Assembly (NCBI GenBank): GCA_964016885.1 | Contig: OZ024740.1 | Coordinates: forward strand, 345,836,001 to 345,900,000 | DNA: 64,000 nt | From: Eledone cirrhosa | Taxonomy: Eukaryota | Reading direction: 5' to 3' | Shown here: positions 1 through 14,072 of the stretch, piece after piece | Numbering within the stretch: the first letter of the stretch is position 1 | Layout of the letters: the number at the start of each line of letters is the position of its first letter | Translations under genes and position numbers: made by a program | The notes under the pieces: model-generated | What the model was told of the DNA's origin: nothing | Seen by the model: only the letters and a program-made list of their open reading frames with translations | Databases searched by the model: none

Positions 1-835
1 AGAATAGAGCTTCGATGACATCTTCGAAAATTTCGCCAAGGGACGGGCACAGGCTACTGTATTTACCAGGCTCAAAGAATCTGTAACATTTTCCATCCGC
101 ATCAACTGGGTATTGCCGCACGCTCTAAAATACGGCTACCCACAGATAGACAGTTAGATGCCAGAGTGAGGATGCACATTATTCTAGAAATAATAGCCAT
201 TCTCGTCTGCCTCTTCAAGAAGGAACCCAAAGATGTTTTTGATAATTACCGTGATTCTCTTTACTATCAGCTGCTGGTAATATCTTTTTCAGTATTCTTC
301 TTAATCATTTGTGATGTATGTTGCACTAACATCCTGCCAAAACTTCGGTATTGACCTGAAAAGCAATATATTCCACCAACCAGATATGTCACAGGGAAAA
401 TATTGAAGGTTGCGATTATTCATCTATCTGAGTAATAATCCTCAAGAAACAACACACTTGATGAAGATATAAACAAGGTTCCGATGATTTTAGTAACCCG
501 GAGAAACGCCTGTGGTTACAGGCAGATATCAATGTGTGCACGGAAATTAAAGTGTATCAAGCATGGGTACATACAACTGTTAGGATGTGAGACGTGAACA
601 TAGTGTTAACATATCTATTGCCACCTAAAATGCTTGCGCTCTATTCTCAATATCACATGGGGGAATCATACACCAGGCACGGATGTGCTACATGGGGCCT
701 GTCTGCTAAGCATTGAGTCGATAATTATGAAACACCCTGCCCGGTGGCCAGGTCCCATAGTACACCTAGAGCAGAGCAGACTCCCAAAAGCAAGTATTGC
801 AAGAAGTAGTGTTGCAAAGCAAATGCCTGCAGTGT
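1..835 (+). mobile_element. Decayed RTE-like non-LTR retrotransposon fragment (RT C-terminal region)
   Basis: ORF 634-837 reads LRSILNITW..H....VL......SIESIIMKH..RWPG.IVHLEQSRLPK, resembling the RTE C-terminal 'LR.IL.I.W.D...RW.GHV.RM...RLPK' block; upstream part is frameshifted. Confidence 0.6.
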
Positions 836-839
836 AAGG

Positions 840-3150
840 TATCCAAGTTCTTTAAAGACCTTATAAAAGATACTCCGAAGAAGATCAACATCAACACCGA
901 AACATGGGAATATTTTGCAGCAGAGCCCATTTTGTCTAAAATGTTTGCCTCTATTATCTTCTTTTCATGTTTGAGTATAGGCTTGAGGAAGTCATCTTGG
1001 GTGTTGTGGAGGTAGCTATCCAATCCAATGCATGCGGTTTCGTATGCAACTTCCTGTTATAGGAGAACTCCCCCGCTTTCACTCCTTGAGATATACAGCT
1101 TATGTACATCGGCTCTAGTGTGATGCATTTTCTCGATTGTCAATATATTCCTGTTCATCCCTTGTAATTCCTGCATGTTCAAGATTATGGTGTTAAAGTT
1201 GCCTGATGCCTCGGGTAGAGCTAGGCTGTTAATGTGTTACCAGTTTCACTCTCTTCATGTATCCCTTCCGTATATTTTCTTTCACACATGAATGGTAGAT
1301 TCCGTTTCCTTCATTAATTCTAAGATATTGGTAAAACTCTTTATTGTTCAGCTCCTTTATGGTGGTTTACTGGTTTATGACAGTGTTTTGGCTGCTATAG
1401 AGCAACGCTCTCTTGAACGTTGCTTTTGAACTCTCATTCAATCGAAATCCTATATGGATGTCTTCACTGAATTGTTTCACTCTGTCCAGTAGACATTCCA
1501 GCAACCCATCATTGCTTACAAATTGTTTGATACCATTAGTGTGTGTTGTATACTTTATATGCATAGCTTGTCCTGAGAAGTAACTGACTTAATGGAGCTA
1601 GTGACATACAGAGCAGCAAAGGGGACAATCAGTCACTTTGGAATATTCGATGATTGATTTTAATCTACGTAGATTCCAGTGACTCATTGCAGTGTCGCAG
1701 GATCATGGTAGTTTTCCAGTTTGTCACCATCAGTTTCAGGAAAGTTGTGACATCAGATACTATATGATACATCTCTAATGCCTTTGTTATCCAAGAATGA
1801 GGTAAGCTGTCAATGACTTCTTGTAGTTTATCAAAGTCATTGGCAGGTGTTTATTCTTCTGTTTACAGTTTTCCGTTATGAGTGTATTTATTAGTAGCTG
1901 ATCGTTTTACACGTAGCTTTCTCGTTTACAGCCTTTGCGCTCAGGTGACAATATACGTGCACGCTTGAGCTGATGGTAGATCCTGTTGGTGATCACTAAT
2001 GTCAGGGATTTGTTCATCGTTAGGGCACATGTAACGGCCTGTAGTGTTTTTGATTTTCTGTGTTTTCATTGTCGGTAGGAGATATGTTACGCCAGTGTTC
2101 ATCCACTCTGGTGTTCTGTTGGTGTTGTTACAAACCTGGTGAATTTGATAGCCAAATCTTCATAAAGCTCATGCACATGCTTCTGCAATTAACTTTGGCT
2201 GGTGGTCTCCAGTTTTCAGAATTGTTATCTGCTGTTTTTACATCCTGTCTGGTGATATCATTCCATTCCTGCGTGCAGAAAGGGATTTCCAAACGTTCCA
2301 GCCATGGCGTATTGGATTTGTGGACTTTAGGTTTTTCCTAGATATTTGACCAGAAGCCTCAAACCACGTCATCATCAGGTGGTTTTCTCACTTCAACATT
2401 ATTTTCTTCAACATGCTATTCTTCTTGCCAAACTCTCTATAAAATCTTTTGGCATCTTCGGCAGAGTGCTTGTTATGTTTCAATAAATTAACTCTCATGT
2501 TACATCTTAGATTCTGCCCTTTCGCCCGTATCATTTGCTTGATATATTCGCCAATTTCTTTCCAGTTTGTTTCCCAATTAATCTTGTATTTCTTAGTAAG
2601 CATAGACAGCATGTAGGTGTTGATGTTCCTTTATCTATTTAAGATATGAAAGAGGCATTTTTCCTTAAACAAATATTTTTCTCTCCAGCTGTCTCAGTCA
2701 TTTCGGTCTTGTCTTCAAGAATTTTGTTCGTCCTTTTGTTTGCAGCTTGCTAACCATAATATTTGCCGTGTCAAGGGTTTTCTGTGTTCCTTTTTTCTCA
2801 CATTTAGTGCTTTGTTAGCTAGGTTGACCTTCTTAAGCTGATGCGTCTCATTGCGCACTTTCCGAAACTCGGGAAGAATATCTTCCAACATTATCCAGGC
2901 TGCAGTATCATCCAATGTGCGATCATCTACATCAACAAAAGCTGAGACGAGGTAGCAAGCAGGGTGACTGCTCTTACCTAGAAATGGACCGAGAGGAAGT
3001 CATCGTCATCTACTACTGCATGATTGTTTTGCACTGTACTAGTCCATGTCTAATCACACTGGATCATTTGCTTTTTCACTTTTTTGGAAAAGCCAGGTTT
3101 TATTGGTCAGGCGGTCTATTTGCTGTCAACTTCCGCTGTGTGGAGTATTA
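840..3150 (-). mobile_element. Heavily decayed R4/Dong-like non-LTR retrotransposon
   Basis: Minus-strand remnants: 1367-1564 'IKQFVSND..LECLLDRVKQFSEDIHIGFRLNESSKATFKR' (post-YMDD RT segment), 2388-2612 'QMIRAKGQNLR...AKRFYREF'; many stops and frameshifts. Boundaries approximate. Confidence 0.5.
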
Positions 3151-4266
3151 CGTTTAACCTTTATGTTTACGATACTACACGCCTACTCTACATCGTCGCC
3201 ACCACAATCTATACAAATCTTACGATTTTCCTATGAAATAAAAGCTACACCACCTACAATGCTACAGCCACATCCCACGCCCGATAGCAACAACAACAAT
3301 AACTAGAGTCATTATATCAACAACAACAACAAGAACTACAATCCACCGCCATTTCAGTAGTAGAAGAGATTGACGTGGAGTGCTGCTAAACACTAATGGA
3401 TACTTACAGGCAAAGTGACCTCGACATTATATTGCAACCTGCAGTCATTCTTCTGACACAAAGAATACTCCAAGTACTTAAACACAGTTGGAATCTAAAC
3501 GCGACCTTGCTTCTGGCTTCAACTGCCAAAAACATATTATGACAGTCAGTGTTCATTGTGGTAAGCGACCTCACGCGTTCGGAGTTGACACTTTGTGTCC
3601 TTCAGCGTTTTGCTTATTATTTCATCTAAATTTTTCTTTGTATGTATATTTGTCAGTTTAAAAATAATAATAGTTTTTACCTAATTTATTATTTTATTTG
3701 TCAGTTTAAAAAAAAATAATAGTTTTTACTTAATTTATTATTTTTATTATTATTGTTAATTTTATTATTAGTATCATTATTATCAATCGAAGGAGAAAAA
3801 CATGTCTTTATTAATAAATATTCGAATCTACTTCATATGTCGAACAAAAGAAATTTCAAGACCTAGAAGCTATATTTAAATGGGATATAGCTAAGTTAGA
3901 TATAATTAATGTAGTATTAAGTTTCTGAAAAAAATATATAAGCGTTCACACTCACACTTATACGTACGTATGGCCGGTGTATGTAAGGATGTATTTACAC
4001 ATGTATATATCGAGGTATGCATATATGTATGGATGCCTGTATGCTTGCATTCATATAAATATAGACAGCATTGTTTATATTTATCTTAGGAAAATATGAG
4101 TCAGTCAAACACTAAAGGACACAACATATAACATGTACCATGTTTTTAATTCTCTAAGTAAAAACGTGACAGCTATTTCGAGGCTTCAAGTTGATTGGTT
4201 CCTCTATATCGGCTGTTATTTGAATGAATGTTGTAAATACTATGGGAGTTTAAGCATACAATCCAA

Positions 4267-4372
4267 CACACACACAACAGAAACACAGACACACAGACAC
4301 ACACACACACATATATATATCTATATATATATATATTTAGTATATATATACATATATATTTATATATATATT

Positions 4373-4463
<91 letters not shown>

Positions 4464-4545
4464 TTAGTATATATATATATATATATTTAGTATATATATA
4501 TATATATATATATATTTAGTATATATATATATATATATATATTTA

Positions 4546-4610
<65 letters not shown>
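4267..4610. repeat. Compound (CA)n/(TA)n microsatellite, representative of dozens of (TA)n, (CA)n, (GA)n, (TTTC)n, (TATC)n tracts across the window
   Basis: Directly visible; explains all [16 protein letters not shown] ORFs. Confidence 0.98.
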
Positions 4611-4611
<1 letters not shown>

Positions 4612-4830
4612 TGTGGGTTTACGACCCTCAGGGGAAGTGACTATTTTCTGGACATGCGCATTCTTACGCATGTTTTTGCTTTTCCGTACAACTTCATTTA
4701 GGCCGAGCTGAGGATCCGAACAAAGTGAAACATTTGTTCTCGGTATGGGGAACTAACTGTTGTGGAACTACTTCTACCAAACCCGTCCTATTGACTGAGT
4801 GCTCTACTACTACGGATATAGCCCACCATA
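4612..4830 (+). mobile_element. Solo PLE 3' end/pLTR fragment, same family as 41986-43220
   Basis: Shares gagctgaggatccg..gtgaaaca.ttgttctcggtatgg.gaactaactgttgtg.aac.acttctacc...gactgagtgctctac.actacggatat with 43078-43190; flanked by (TA)n. Confidence 0.85.
4702..4744 (+). ncRNA. Type I hammerhead ribozyme, helix II degraded
   Basis: gccgag-CTGAGGA-tccgaacaaagt-GAAA-catttg-TT-ctcggt; helix I gccgag/ctcggt. Confidence 0.7.
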
Positions 4831-4891
4831 TATATATATATATAATAATAGGTAAAGTAATAAAGATAAAAACTTATCTGAAATACTTCTT

Positions 4892-4980
4892 GGTCCCAAC
4901 TGCAGTTCCGCCGTAAAGACTAACCAGATATTTTTATAATTCATTATATCAGGCTAGTAGAAGGGACTCTTCAGGGAACC
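4892..4980 (-). ncRNA. Type I hammerhead ribozyme with long helix II extension (GAAA mutated to GGAA)
   Basis: Minus strand: ggttcc-CTGAAGA-gtc...actagcctgatat/atatctggttagt...ggc-GGAA-ctgcag-TT-gggacc; palindromic helix III ACTGCAGT. Confidence 0.7.
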
Positions 4981-5159
4981 TTCTCATAGGAAACATTTCT
5001 ACCACCAATCTTTTCGAAAGGAGGACGCTTCTCGTGGCATATAGTTCGAAAGAATGGAAATAATTGATGGAGGATTGGCAAGTAAATGTGGATGCTAGGG
5101 GGAGTAGTTAGCTTTAGGCTATTTCGCTCGTTCATGAAGGGAGTATAGAACAAATAATT

Positions 5160-5325
5160 GTTTTACTTTTGGCACAAGGCCAGCAATTATCCCAGTGTAT
5201 TACTGGTGCTTTATTTTATCGACCCCTTAAGGATGAAAGGCAAAGTTAACCTCGGCGGGATTTGAACTCAGACCATAAGGGGCTGTAACTCTTTCCTGTA
5301 AACATGGCGTCCGACCCTCTAGCGA
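5160..5325 (-). mobile_element. tRNA-derived SINE (family A)
   Basis: Same sequence as 7838-8022, 13623-13845, 13855-14072; B-box-like GAGTTCAAATCC on minus strand. Confidence 0.85.
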
Positions 5326-5373
5326 TACATAATTGTTTCTACTTTTGTATAGAACAAATTATGGAAGTTATAC

Positions 5374-5404
<31 letters not shown>

Positions 5405-5405
5405 G

Positions 5406-5456
<51 letters not shown>

Positions 5457-5551
5457 TATATATATATATTTATATACATACATATATATATATATTTATA
5501 TACATACATATATATATATATTTATATACATACATATATATATATATTTAT

Positions 5552-5601
<50 letters not shown>

Positions 5602-5929
5602 GTGCTTTCCTCTTATTTATAGGTGCACTTATCGAGTTGCTCACATGCATGTGCTTCGGGTTTCCCTCTTCGGTTTATTGTTTCCGTTTTTTTCGGTGTT
5701 TCTTTTTCCTTTCCTTTTCTCTTCTGTTTTTTTCTCTCTCCATTTTTTCCCCAATAACTGCCTTTAGTTATTGACGCACTGGGGTTAGATATCTTGTCCT
5801 TAAGGCGAAGAATTATCCATGATCCCCAGCACCACACAACTGGTGAAGGAAACTTTTCTCCCGTTCATGCTTTCCCTTTATTCATAAATACACATTATCC
5901 ACCAACTTCACAGCCCCTGTTTTTTCTTA

Positions 5930-6035
<106 letters not shown>

Positions 6036-6237
6036 ATACTTGGGGAGGGTCAGATTTGTGTAATATTGCCAGAATTAATAACAGAACACACTCACTGTTT
6101 GGTTGGTTTTCGCTTTTCGCTTCTGTGTCTTTTATATCGGTTAATCTAATTTATTCGGTCCTCAATGTTGCCATTGACTGACCAACGGTCAAAAATAATA
6201 CATATACAATATAGACACAAACACATATATATAGTTT

Positions 6238-6279
6238 ATCAAAGTTCTTTCGTTGCACATCTGCAACATCTTCAGTGGT
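6238..6279 (-). ncRNA. Minimal type I hammerhead ribozyme in PLE pLTR
   Basis: acca-CTGAAGA-t-gttgca-gatg-tgcaac-GAAA-gaac-TT-tgat. Confidence 0.8.
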
Positions 6280-7391
6280 GCTATTGTTTCCTCCCGTTAC
6301 ATTGTATGTCTAGGCCATCTTTATTTAGTCTGATTATATATTTATTTATTTATTTGTTTGTTTGTTTATTTTATTTTGTCTTCTTTGCGCATGCGTTTGC
6401 GTGTGTGTATAGTGTTTTGGATGATGTGTGTTCGTGATTGGGTGACTGTGTATTGGTTAATGTATTCTATCTTTACTAGTGTGTGTTTATATGTGTTTGT
6501 TGTTATTGTGCTTGTGTATGTATTTATTTATTTATTTATCTATTTATTTATTTATTTATTTATACTTCTCTTAGGTCAGTGTTGTTTGTTTGGGTGTTGT
6601 TGTTATTCCATTCATTCTTTCTGTTTAGTCTTGGCCTTCTAAGTTCTATTTCACTGGCCTCTCTGATTTGCCTATCTGCTGGGTCATTTCTATGTTTAGA
6701 TATTATTCTAATTTCTATGTTGTCTATGTTACCGTCGTGTTGTTGTCTGGCATGTTCGTATAGAACTGACCCGTTTTTTCGTCCTTTTAATTCCCCCCAG
6801 TGTTGGTCTATCCCTGTTCAGCAAAACCTCCCCTTTTTAGAAAACCCACTGTACTAATAGGAAATGTTTCATATGTAAGGTAAACCCCCGGATAAACTGT
6901 AAAACTAGAAACGTAGTCTATAGCATAAGATGTACAGAGGGTACTTGCAGAAACATGACAACAACATACATAGGTGAGACAGCTCGTAGCATAGGTGAAA
7001 GGATAGACCAACACTGGGGGGAATTAGAAATAGAACTTAGAAGGCCAAGACTAAACAGAAATAATGATTGGAATAACAACAACACCCAAACAAACAACAC
7101 TGACCTAAGAGAAGTATAAATAAATAAATAAATATATAAATAAATAAATACATACACAAGCCCAATAACAAGAAACATATATAAACACACACTAGTAAAG
7201 ATAGAATACATTAACCAATACACAGTCACCCAATCACGAACACACATCAAACAAAACACTATACACACACGCAAACGCATGCGCAAAGAAGACAAAATAA
7301 AATAAACAAACAAACAAACAAATAAATAAATATATAAACAGACTAAATAAAGATGGCGTAGAAATTCAATGTAACGGGAGGAAACAATAGC

Positions 7392-7433
7392 ACCACTGAC
7401 GATGTTGCAGATGTGCAACGAAAGAACTTTGAT
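7392..7433 (+). ncRNA. Minimal type I hammerhead ribozyme in PLE pLTR
   Basis: acca-CTGACGA-t-gttgca-gatg-tgcaac-GAAA-gaac-TT-tgat; differs from the inverted copy only at the free N7 position. Confidence 0.8.
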
Positions 7434-7695
7434 AAACTATATATATGTGTTTGTGTCTATATTGTATCTGTATTATTTTTGACCATTGGCCAGTCAATGG
7501 CAACATTGAGGACCGAATAAATTAGATTACCGATATAAAAGACACAGAAGCGAAAAGCGAAAACCAACCAAACAGTGAGTGTGTTCTGTTATTAATTCTG
7601 GCAATATTACACAAATCTGACCCTCCCCAAGTATAACGATATTTGTTTCGACACACGATTTCATATAAAAAACCTCGCAAAACTAATTCATCGCC

Positions 7696-7748
<53 letters not shown>

Positions 7749-7755
7749 TATATAC

Positions 7756-7819
<64 letters not shown>

Positions 7820-7837
7820 GTTTGTATATGTATAATT

Positions 7838-8022
7838 GTTTCTACTTTAGGCACACGGCCAGCAATTACCCAGTGCATTACTGGTACTTTATTTTATCGA
7901 CCCCGTAAGGATGAAAGGCAAAGTCAACCTCGGCGGGATTTGAACTCAGATCGTAAAGGGACGTAACTATGCTAGAAAGCATGGCGTCCGACACTCTACC
8001 GATACTGCCAATCCACCGCCCC
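7838..8022 (-). mobile_element. tRNA-derived SINE (family A), near full length
   Basis: Minus strand starts ggggcggtggattggcagtatcggtagag (A-box-like), then gagttcaaatcccgccgagg (B-box); multi-copy in window. Confidence 0.9.
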
Positions 8023-8109
8023 TTATGTATATGTATATGTATAATAAAGCCAAAACAACGCAGGTATGGACATAGAATAAAGAATGAAAATGCAAAAGAT
8101 ATTGTTGAC

Positions 8110-9590
8110 AATTAGTCTTTTACCTTAGATTTATTTGAATGTCCTTAATTTTCGAGATAATATATCTTCTTCGGAGGGAAGTAAAGCGGTTAAACCAGTG
8201 TTCTAAATAGCTTGCGAAGTCATGCTGACAGGAAATGGTATATAGTATCTATTCTATCTCTAATATGAAATAGTTAAGGTTAGATGGATAAAGAGTAGTC
8301 ACCCTTTAAAAGGTTTTTTTTTGTTTTTTTTGTACATGCCTGTTAAAGTGTTTGGGTGAATGCGTGACGGTGTAAGTATGTGTGTGTGAGTGTGAGAAGA
8401 TATGTCTATACGTAAATGTGGGGATAGATGTTATCTCGTGTTAGAACTGGTCTTTGTGTGTGTATGCGTGTGTGTGTGTAAGAGAGAATAAGTGGAGGTG
8501 TAAGCGTGTGTGTGAGTGTGTGTCTGTGTGTGCGTGTGTGTGGGAGGGGTTGTAAATATGGGGCTAGATGCTCTATCAAGTTATAAATTGTGTGTTGAGT
8601 TCTAGTCTATTATTGATTGGTGGTTGTGTTTTGTCTATAATTAGTGCTTCCTTAATTCTAAGATTGCCGAGATTTCTTTCCTTATTTTCTATCCTAACTG
8701 TTATGGTTTTGTCGGTGTGTTTGCATTTAACTAGGTGTTTCTTAAATGAGGAAGCGTTAGTATTGAGGTGTTCTTTTATTATTATGTGGAGTGGTCTGGT
8801 GGTGCTACCTACGTAGAAGTTGCAGCATTTGTCGCACTCTAGTCTGTATACGACGTAAGCCTGGTGGCATAGGTCTGTGTCGCTGATGGGGCAGTTGGCT
8901 AGCCTGCAGCGGTTGTCAAGTCTGGTGGAGTGTATTTTCATTAGCTGTCCGCGTAGAGAAGGTCCTGAGTGGGGTAGTTGGATATCTAGTCCCTCCCGTC
9001 TGATAGCTCTGCGGATGGCTGTTGTTGTTTTGTCACTGAAGTGTGGGAGCTTCAGGAAGCAAGTGTTAGTGCCTCGGGCGTGGTGTCCTCTGTTTTTTCT
9101 GGCACGGTTTGTGGTGGATATCGTGTATTCGTTCAGTTTGAGTAATTCCAGGAAATGTTGGTGCGTGTGTCTCCGTCTCTAGCGTCGGTGCATTTGTTCC
9201 GGATACCTGTTAGTTCGTCCCTTATGTATCCGAACTTAGCGCTGGCTGGGAGGGCCGATCTGAAATGTATGAACAGGTCCCTGCTGGCGGCTTTTTTATA
9301 GAAGCAAGTGTGGATGTTGCCTTCCTCTGTTACCCTGAGTTGGAAGTCCAGGAGGGATAGGGATCCGCGGTCATCGGGGTGTTCCATGCTGAACTTTATA
9401 CTGGCGTCCATGCTGGAGAATGTTGTGCATATTTTATCCGCCTCCTCACGGAATGATGTAAGGATGAGTATGTCATCTACATATCGGTGAAGAAGGTATG
9501 GGAATGGCAGGTGTTGAGGGCTCGGCATTCTAGCTGGTTCATATAGGTGATGGCCAGCAGGCCCGATAGGCTGGATCCCATGGGTAATCC
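8110..9590 (-). mobile_element. 5'-truncated Penelope-like element: RT (YVDD) + GIY-YIG endonuclease + 3' region
   Basis: ORF 9133-9687 HRYVDDILIL...IKFSMEH....LSLLDF...FYKK; ORF 8576-8941 VVYRLECDKC..FYVGSTTRPLHIIIKEH...LRIKEALII....PPIN. HHR relic at 8142-8179 (CCGAAGA-agat/atct-cGAAA). Confidence 0.92.
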
Positions 9591-9643
9591 TGTTGTGGGT
9601 CTCACAGATGTGAGAAAAACCACATACCCTCCATCTCAACTCA

Positions 9644-9681
9644 CCTTTTGAAAAGCAGAAGAACTGCGAAACCGGTAAAGG
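9644..9681 (+). ncRNA. Minimal type I hammerhead ribozyme, U3:A8 core variant
   Basis: cctt-TTGAAAA-gcag-aagaa-ctgc-GAAA-ccgg-TA-aagg: perfect helices I and II, palindromic helix III ACCGGT, GUA site. Confidence 0.78.
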
Positions 9682-9689
9682 AACCAAAT

Positions 9690-9830
9690 AAATATATATA
9701 TTTAAAAAAAAAAATAAGACTCCAGTTGCATTTTCGATTTCATCTATTTTTCTTTATACTCTCACTCGTGTAGGACACCTCGGTTATTTTTCATTTTGTA
9801 AAAAAAACCTCACTTTCTTATATATATATA
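9690..9830. repeat. Short dispersed repeat (about 140 bp); inverted copy at 61757-61880
   Basis: taagactccagttgcattttcgattt...gtaggacacctc...cctcactttct matches the reverse complement of 61757-61880; both sit in (TA)n. Confidence 0.85.
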
Positions 9831-11387
9831 TATATATATATTCAGAATCATCGGAATGATTTGACCGCTAATTTCTTAAGTAAAGCGAGTAAATATACAT
9901 CGTATCCAGATTTGAATATTTGAAGATTTATCTTACTAGACTTCAAATATTTAAATTTTACCGATTTGTAGTCTTCCTTTTGGGTTTTAAACTTTGGGTT
10001 TAATATTTTGTATTTTGCATGTTTTGAATTTTCTGTTTGCTTTAGTAATCTCAATTATCATTTCTTCTTTTTATACATTCTCTTTTAATCAATTTATGGT
10101 TTTGACTTTTGATACTTTAAACTCTTTTGTTTTTACCGTTTTGACCTTTACCATTTTAGATATAACATTTTTGTATCTCAGAATTTAACATTTAAAAATC
10201 TGAATTTTAGCTAAAGTACTGTACCTCCTTGAATTCTACCGTTTCCGGTTTAAATATTTTAGATCTTTATCAATATAATTTATATTATTTTAAGTTTATA
10301 TCGATTGTATTTTGTTGATTGCTACTTTAGAGGTTAATTTTTACATGTTTCTATCCTCACATATTTAAATTTTACCCTTGCGTTTTATATTATTTTAGGT
10401 TCAGTCATTCTTGTGTTTGAAATTCAGCTTTACCTTTTTTTAGGGGCTTTGGAATTTTGTACCTTACTATTTCTTTTGTTTTTACAGCCTTCGTTATGGA
10501 CATTTGTTTTTAAATGATGCCATAATTCATATCCCCTAACACTTTCTTTATATATACAACCACATTAAATAGAAATAACATGGGTTAGGAAAATATATGC
10601 TTTTCTAATACGAATGATCTCTATTCCTGCAAGTTAAATAAGCAAGGGCTCCACTACAATGTGTTTTTTCTTTTTTTTTCTTCTTTCATTGGCTAAATGT
10701 TCTTTTTATGAACGGTTTCAACGCTTCTCCAACGGAAACATTATCTCGATTGAAAGGCGAAGTATGCAGAAAAATTTCTTCAAAGAAGTTAAGAATTATG
10801 ATGTGAACATGAAGAATAATAAACATCTCAACACACCAGCTCATATTATATCAAATTCTTTTTTCTCTTCCACTTTCCTATTCTTCCTCGAACTAAACGC
10901 TAGAATGTCTAGTAAGTCCACTCCTCTTTCCATTGTCTGATGCGTCCCCAACCCAGACACTTTGCTTTCTTAAATTTAACCATATATTGATACGCAGGAT
11001 GTTTACATGTCAATTAAGCAGCATGGCAATTCCAGTATGGCAAACATGGCGTAGGACAGAGAAATGAAATAATGACTGAAGGAAAGAGAAGAAACAAAAC
11101 AGAAAGGAACAAAGAAATAACATGAAGATGACGAAATATGAAGGAATAAAAGGGAAACTAAAAATAAAAAGAAAGCAACACAAAATGCAAGCAAGAAAAT
11201 ACGGTGGCTCTTCACTCTTCAGCCTAAAATAAACAGAATGACTTGTCCGAAAACAATAAGTCTTTACCATCTGGGAAGAAAAGAATTTTTCCCAATCAAA
11301 TTATTTGCTTACATCCTCATCGTTTTCGCATACCTAGCCACCCACAAACACGTTATTTGTTCTTTGCACACAATTTCTTCTTCTTCT

Positions 11388-11452
<65 letters not shown>

Positions 11453-13622
11453 TTCCATTATTTCTTCCATTCTGCAGATTTTCTATCATTGTCAACATTG
11501 TCATTAGCATCAACCTAAAATGCTGGCCCAATGCCATCGAGCAACAGGAAAAATGCAAGTGGCAATATGAAATACTAAAAGGTACATCAAACAGAAGTTT
11601 TTAAAGACGCATGTACACGCAATAAAACATGTACACACACAATAAAACAAACGAACATACACTCACATATAAACGTGTTTAACTATATTATATTTATGTA
11701 CAGATAAATGTACACACTCACTTCCTTTTTAATATCTGATCAGTTGCTGACGAACAAATGTTGAATGAGTTTTAAATTTTACTAGATATGAAGTTAATAT
11801 TTTCATATATACATGAATGACAAAAATATCACATATTAATACTTATGTGCCGAGAGGATGAAATGATTACTCTTTCTTTTGTTTAATTTAAGCAAGTATA
11901 GGTGACAACGTCTGAAAAGGTTTTGTGTTCATCAAAATTCCTCAGCAAATCATATCATTCTTAATGACGTCATATTTTGGGAAGCACTGCAGTGATACGA
12001 AAAACCAGTCGAAACCAGGTTGATAGATATTTGGAAAGGTTTCTGGCCACAAGCATGTCAGTAATGTCCAAAAGTTGTAAACGTATAAATACTATACTGT
12101 AGCCAATAAATAATAAATAAAAGAATGAATACAAATAATAATACATTAAGAATCTTCTACTGCAACAGTTTCAATTTTTTTTCAATCAGTCCTATATTTC
12201 AAGTTACAACACGTAAACGACGTTTAATTTAAAATTATTCAAGTGATGTACAGATTATTGCAGTGGAATTTTTATATCAATGTGATACATTATGTTTCTA
12301 ATAATAACACCTGCAATACTCTATTGTGTTTTGGTTTTGATTAAAATAAAGTTGTATGTGGAAATATTTTTTGATAATAGCAATACTTGCTGGAATTATA
12401 AACAATTAAAGGCAAGTGGTATCAATTATTTTACATCTGTGTGATGATATATTTAACGCAGTGTTTTTTTATTTGTCATGTCATTATATTCGTTTCTCCA
12501 ATCTGCAACAAAAGATTTCCAATGTTGCTGCTCAAATTCGTAGAAAATTTTTCGTCTTATATCGTAGGAAAAATTGAAAAGTGACTTGTAATTGGTTGAT
12601 TCAATGATATAGAATAATTCAGCACTGGATTATCTATATCACACTAGGTATAAAGAATCATCTTGTGTCTTATTCGTCTATATTTGTAATGAGGTAATAG
12701 CATCTTTTAAGACAGCAATAATTTCGTTTTCTTTTTTCTCTGGCATGCGGATTTTCCTCATACTTAATTAGCCAAGTTCGAGTTGAAATTAGGTTACTAG
12801 TACATGCCTTCAATAGCGTACAGAACCACCAATATTATAATTCTTATTAATATGCAACCTTTTCTCAGTGTCTCTAAAGGCATTCACACGTCATAAGAAG
12901 CCTTTGTAAGAGCACTGAGGCATTGGATTATGAGATTGAATATATTTGATGATATATGTGGCAACTTCCAGAATAGAGATATTTCCTTTAATCTTAGAGA
13001 ATTGCCTCCCTATTATGTTGCTCAAAGAGGGCGACTAAGTGAAGAAACCGTTAGAAAGGTCTGATTTCTAGTCACGCTGAGGCCAGCTTGTCCATTTATT
13101 CTTCCAGCATCATTAAAATAACTAATCAATCAAGTACAGGAGTTGCATTAATTAACTTTGTCTTTCTCCGCAAATTTACTGGACGTTCTTCTAAATTAGA
13201 AATCAATATCTTGTAGCTTAAGATAACTGTTTAGTTCTTTATAGTTTAATAAGATAAAACATAATTTTCATCAAACACGACATCTAATGTGAAAACCTTT
13301 CTGAAATGGTGAGGTATCATCTGGATTAAACGTTACGATTTAAATGGTTTCCTACGCATGTCATTATTAGAGAAACAGAGGTAAATCTCAGTTAGAAATT
13401 CATTCAGACAAAAAAATAATCAATTTTGAATTATTCCTTCCAAAAATTTCATCTCATACGAACAAAGACAATTTTTGGTAATACAGACGTACGTAAATTC
13501 AAAAAAATACCAACTCCACTTATATCTCCAATATAGAATAGCATGAGGTGGTGCGTGAAACCCCTGTTTCCCCAAAAGCTATTTCAATTATTACTCTTAT
13601 AACATAAAAAGAAAGTAAAAGT

Positions 13623-14072
13623 GGTTTCTGATTTAGGCACAAGGCCAGCAATTCTGACTGAAGGGTAAAGTCTATGCAATCTACCCCGGTACCTTACTGG
13701 TGCTATATTTTATTTTATCAACCCCCGTAAGGATAAAAAGAAAAGCAAACCTCGGCGCGATTTGAGCTCAGAACCTACAGGGCCGTAACTTTATGCCGCA
13801 AAGCATGTCCGACTCTCTACCATTACACCCACTCCACCCCCGCCCTAAATATTTTTTCTACTTTTGGCATAAGGCCAGGAATTTGAAGGGAAGGAGTAAG
13901 TCGATCAAATCGACGACCCCAGCGCGTTACTATTGCTTTATTTTATGGACTCACTAAGCATGAAAGGCAAGGCTAATCTCATTGGGGTTTTAAAGCAGAA
14001 CGTAAAGGCCAGTAACTATATGCCGCAAAGTATCTTGTCCGACGCTCTACATATACTGCCAATCCACCGCCC
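13623..14072 (-). mobile_element. Two tandem SINE family A copies (13623-13845, 13855-14072); older plus-strand copy at about 13030-13205
   Basis: Both match tttaggcacaaggccagcaatt...aaggatgaaaggcaaag...gaactcagaac.taaagggc.gtaact...ccaccgcc. Confidence 0.85.
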
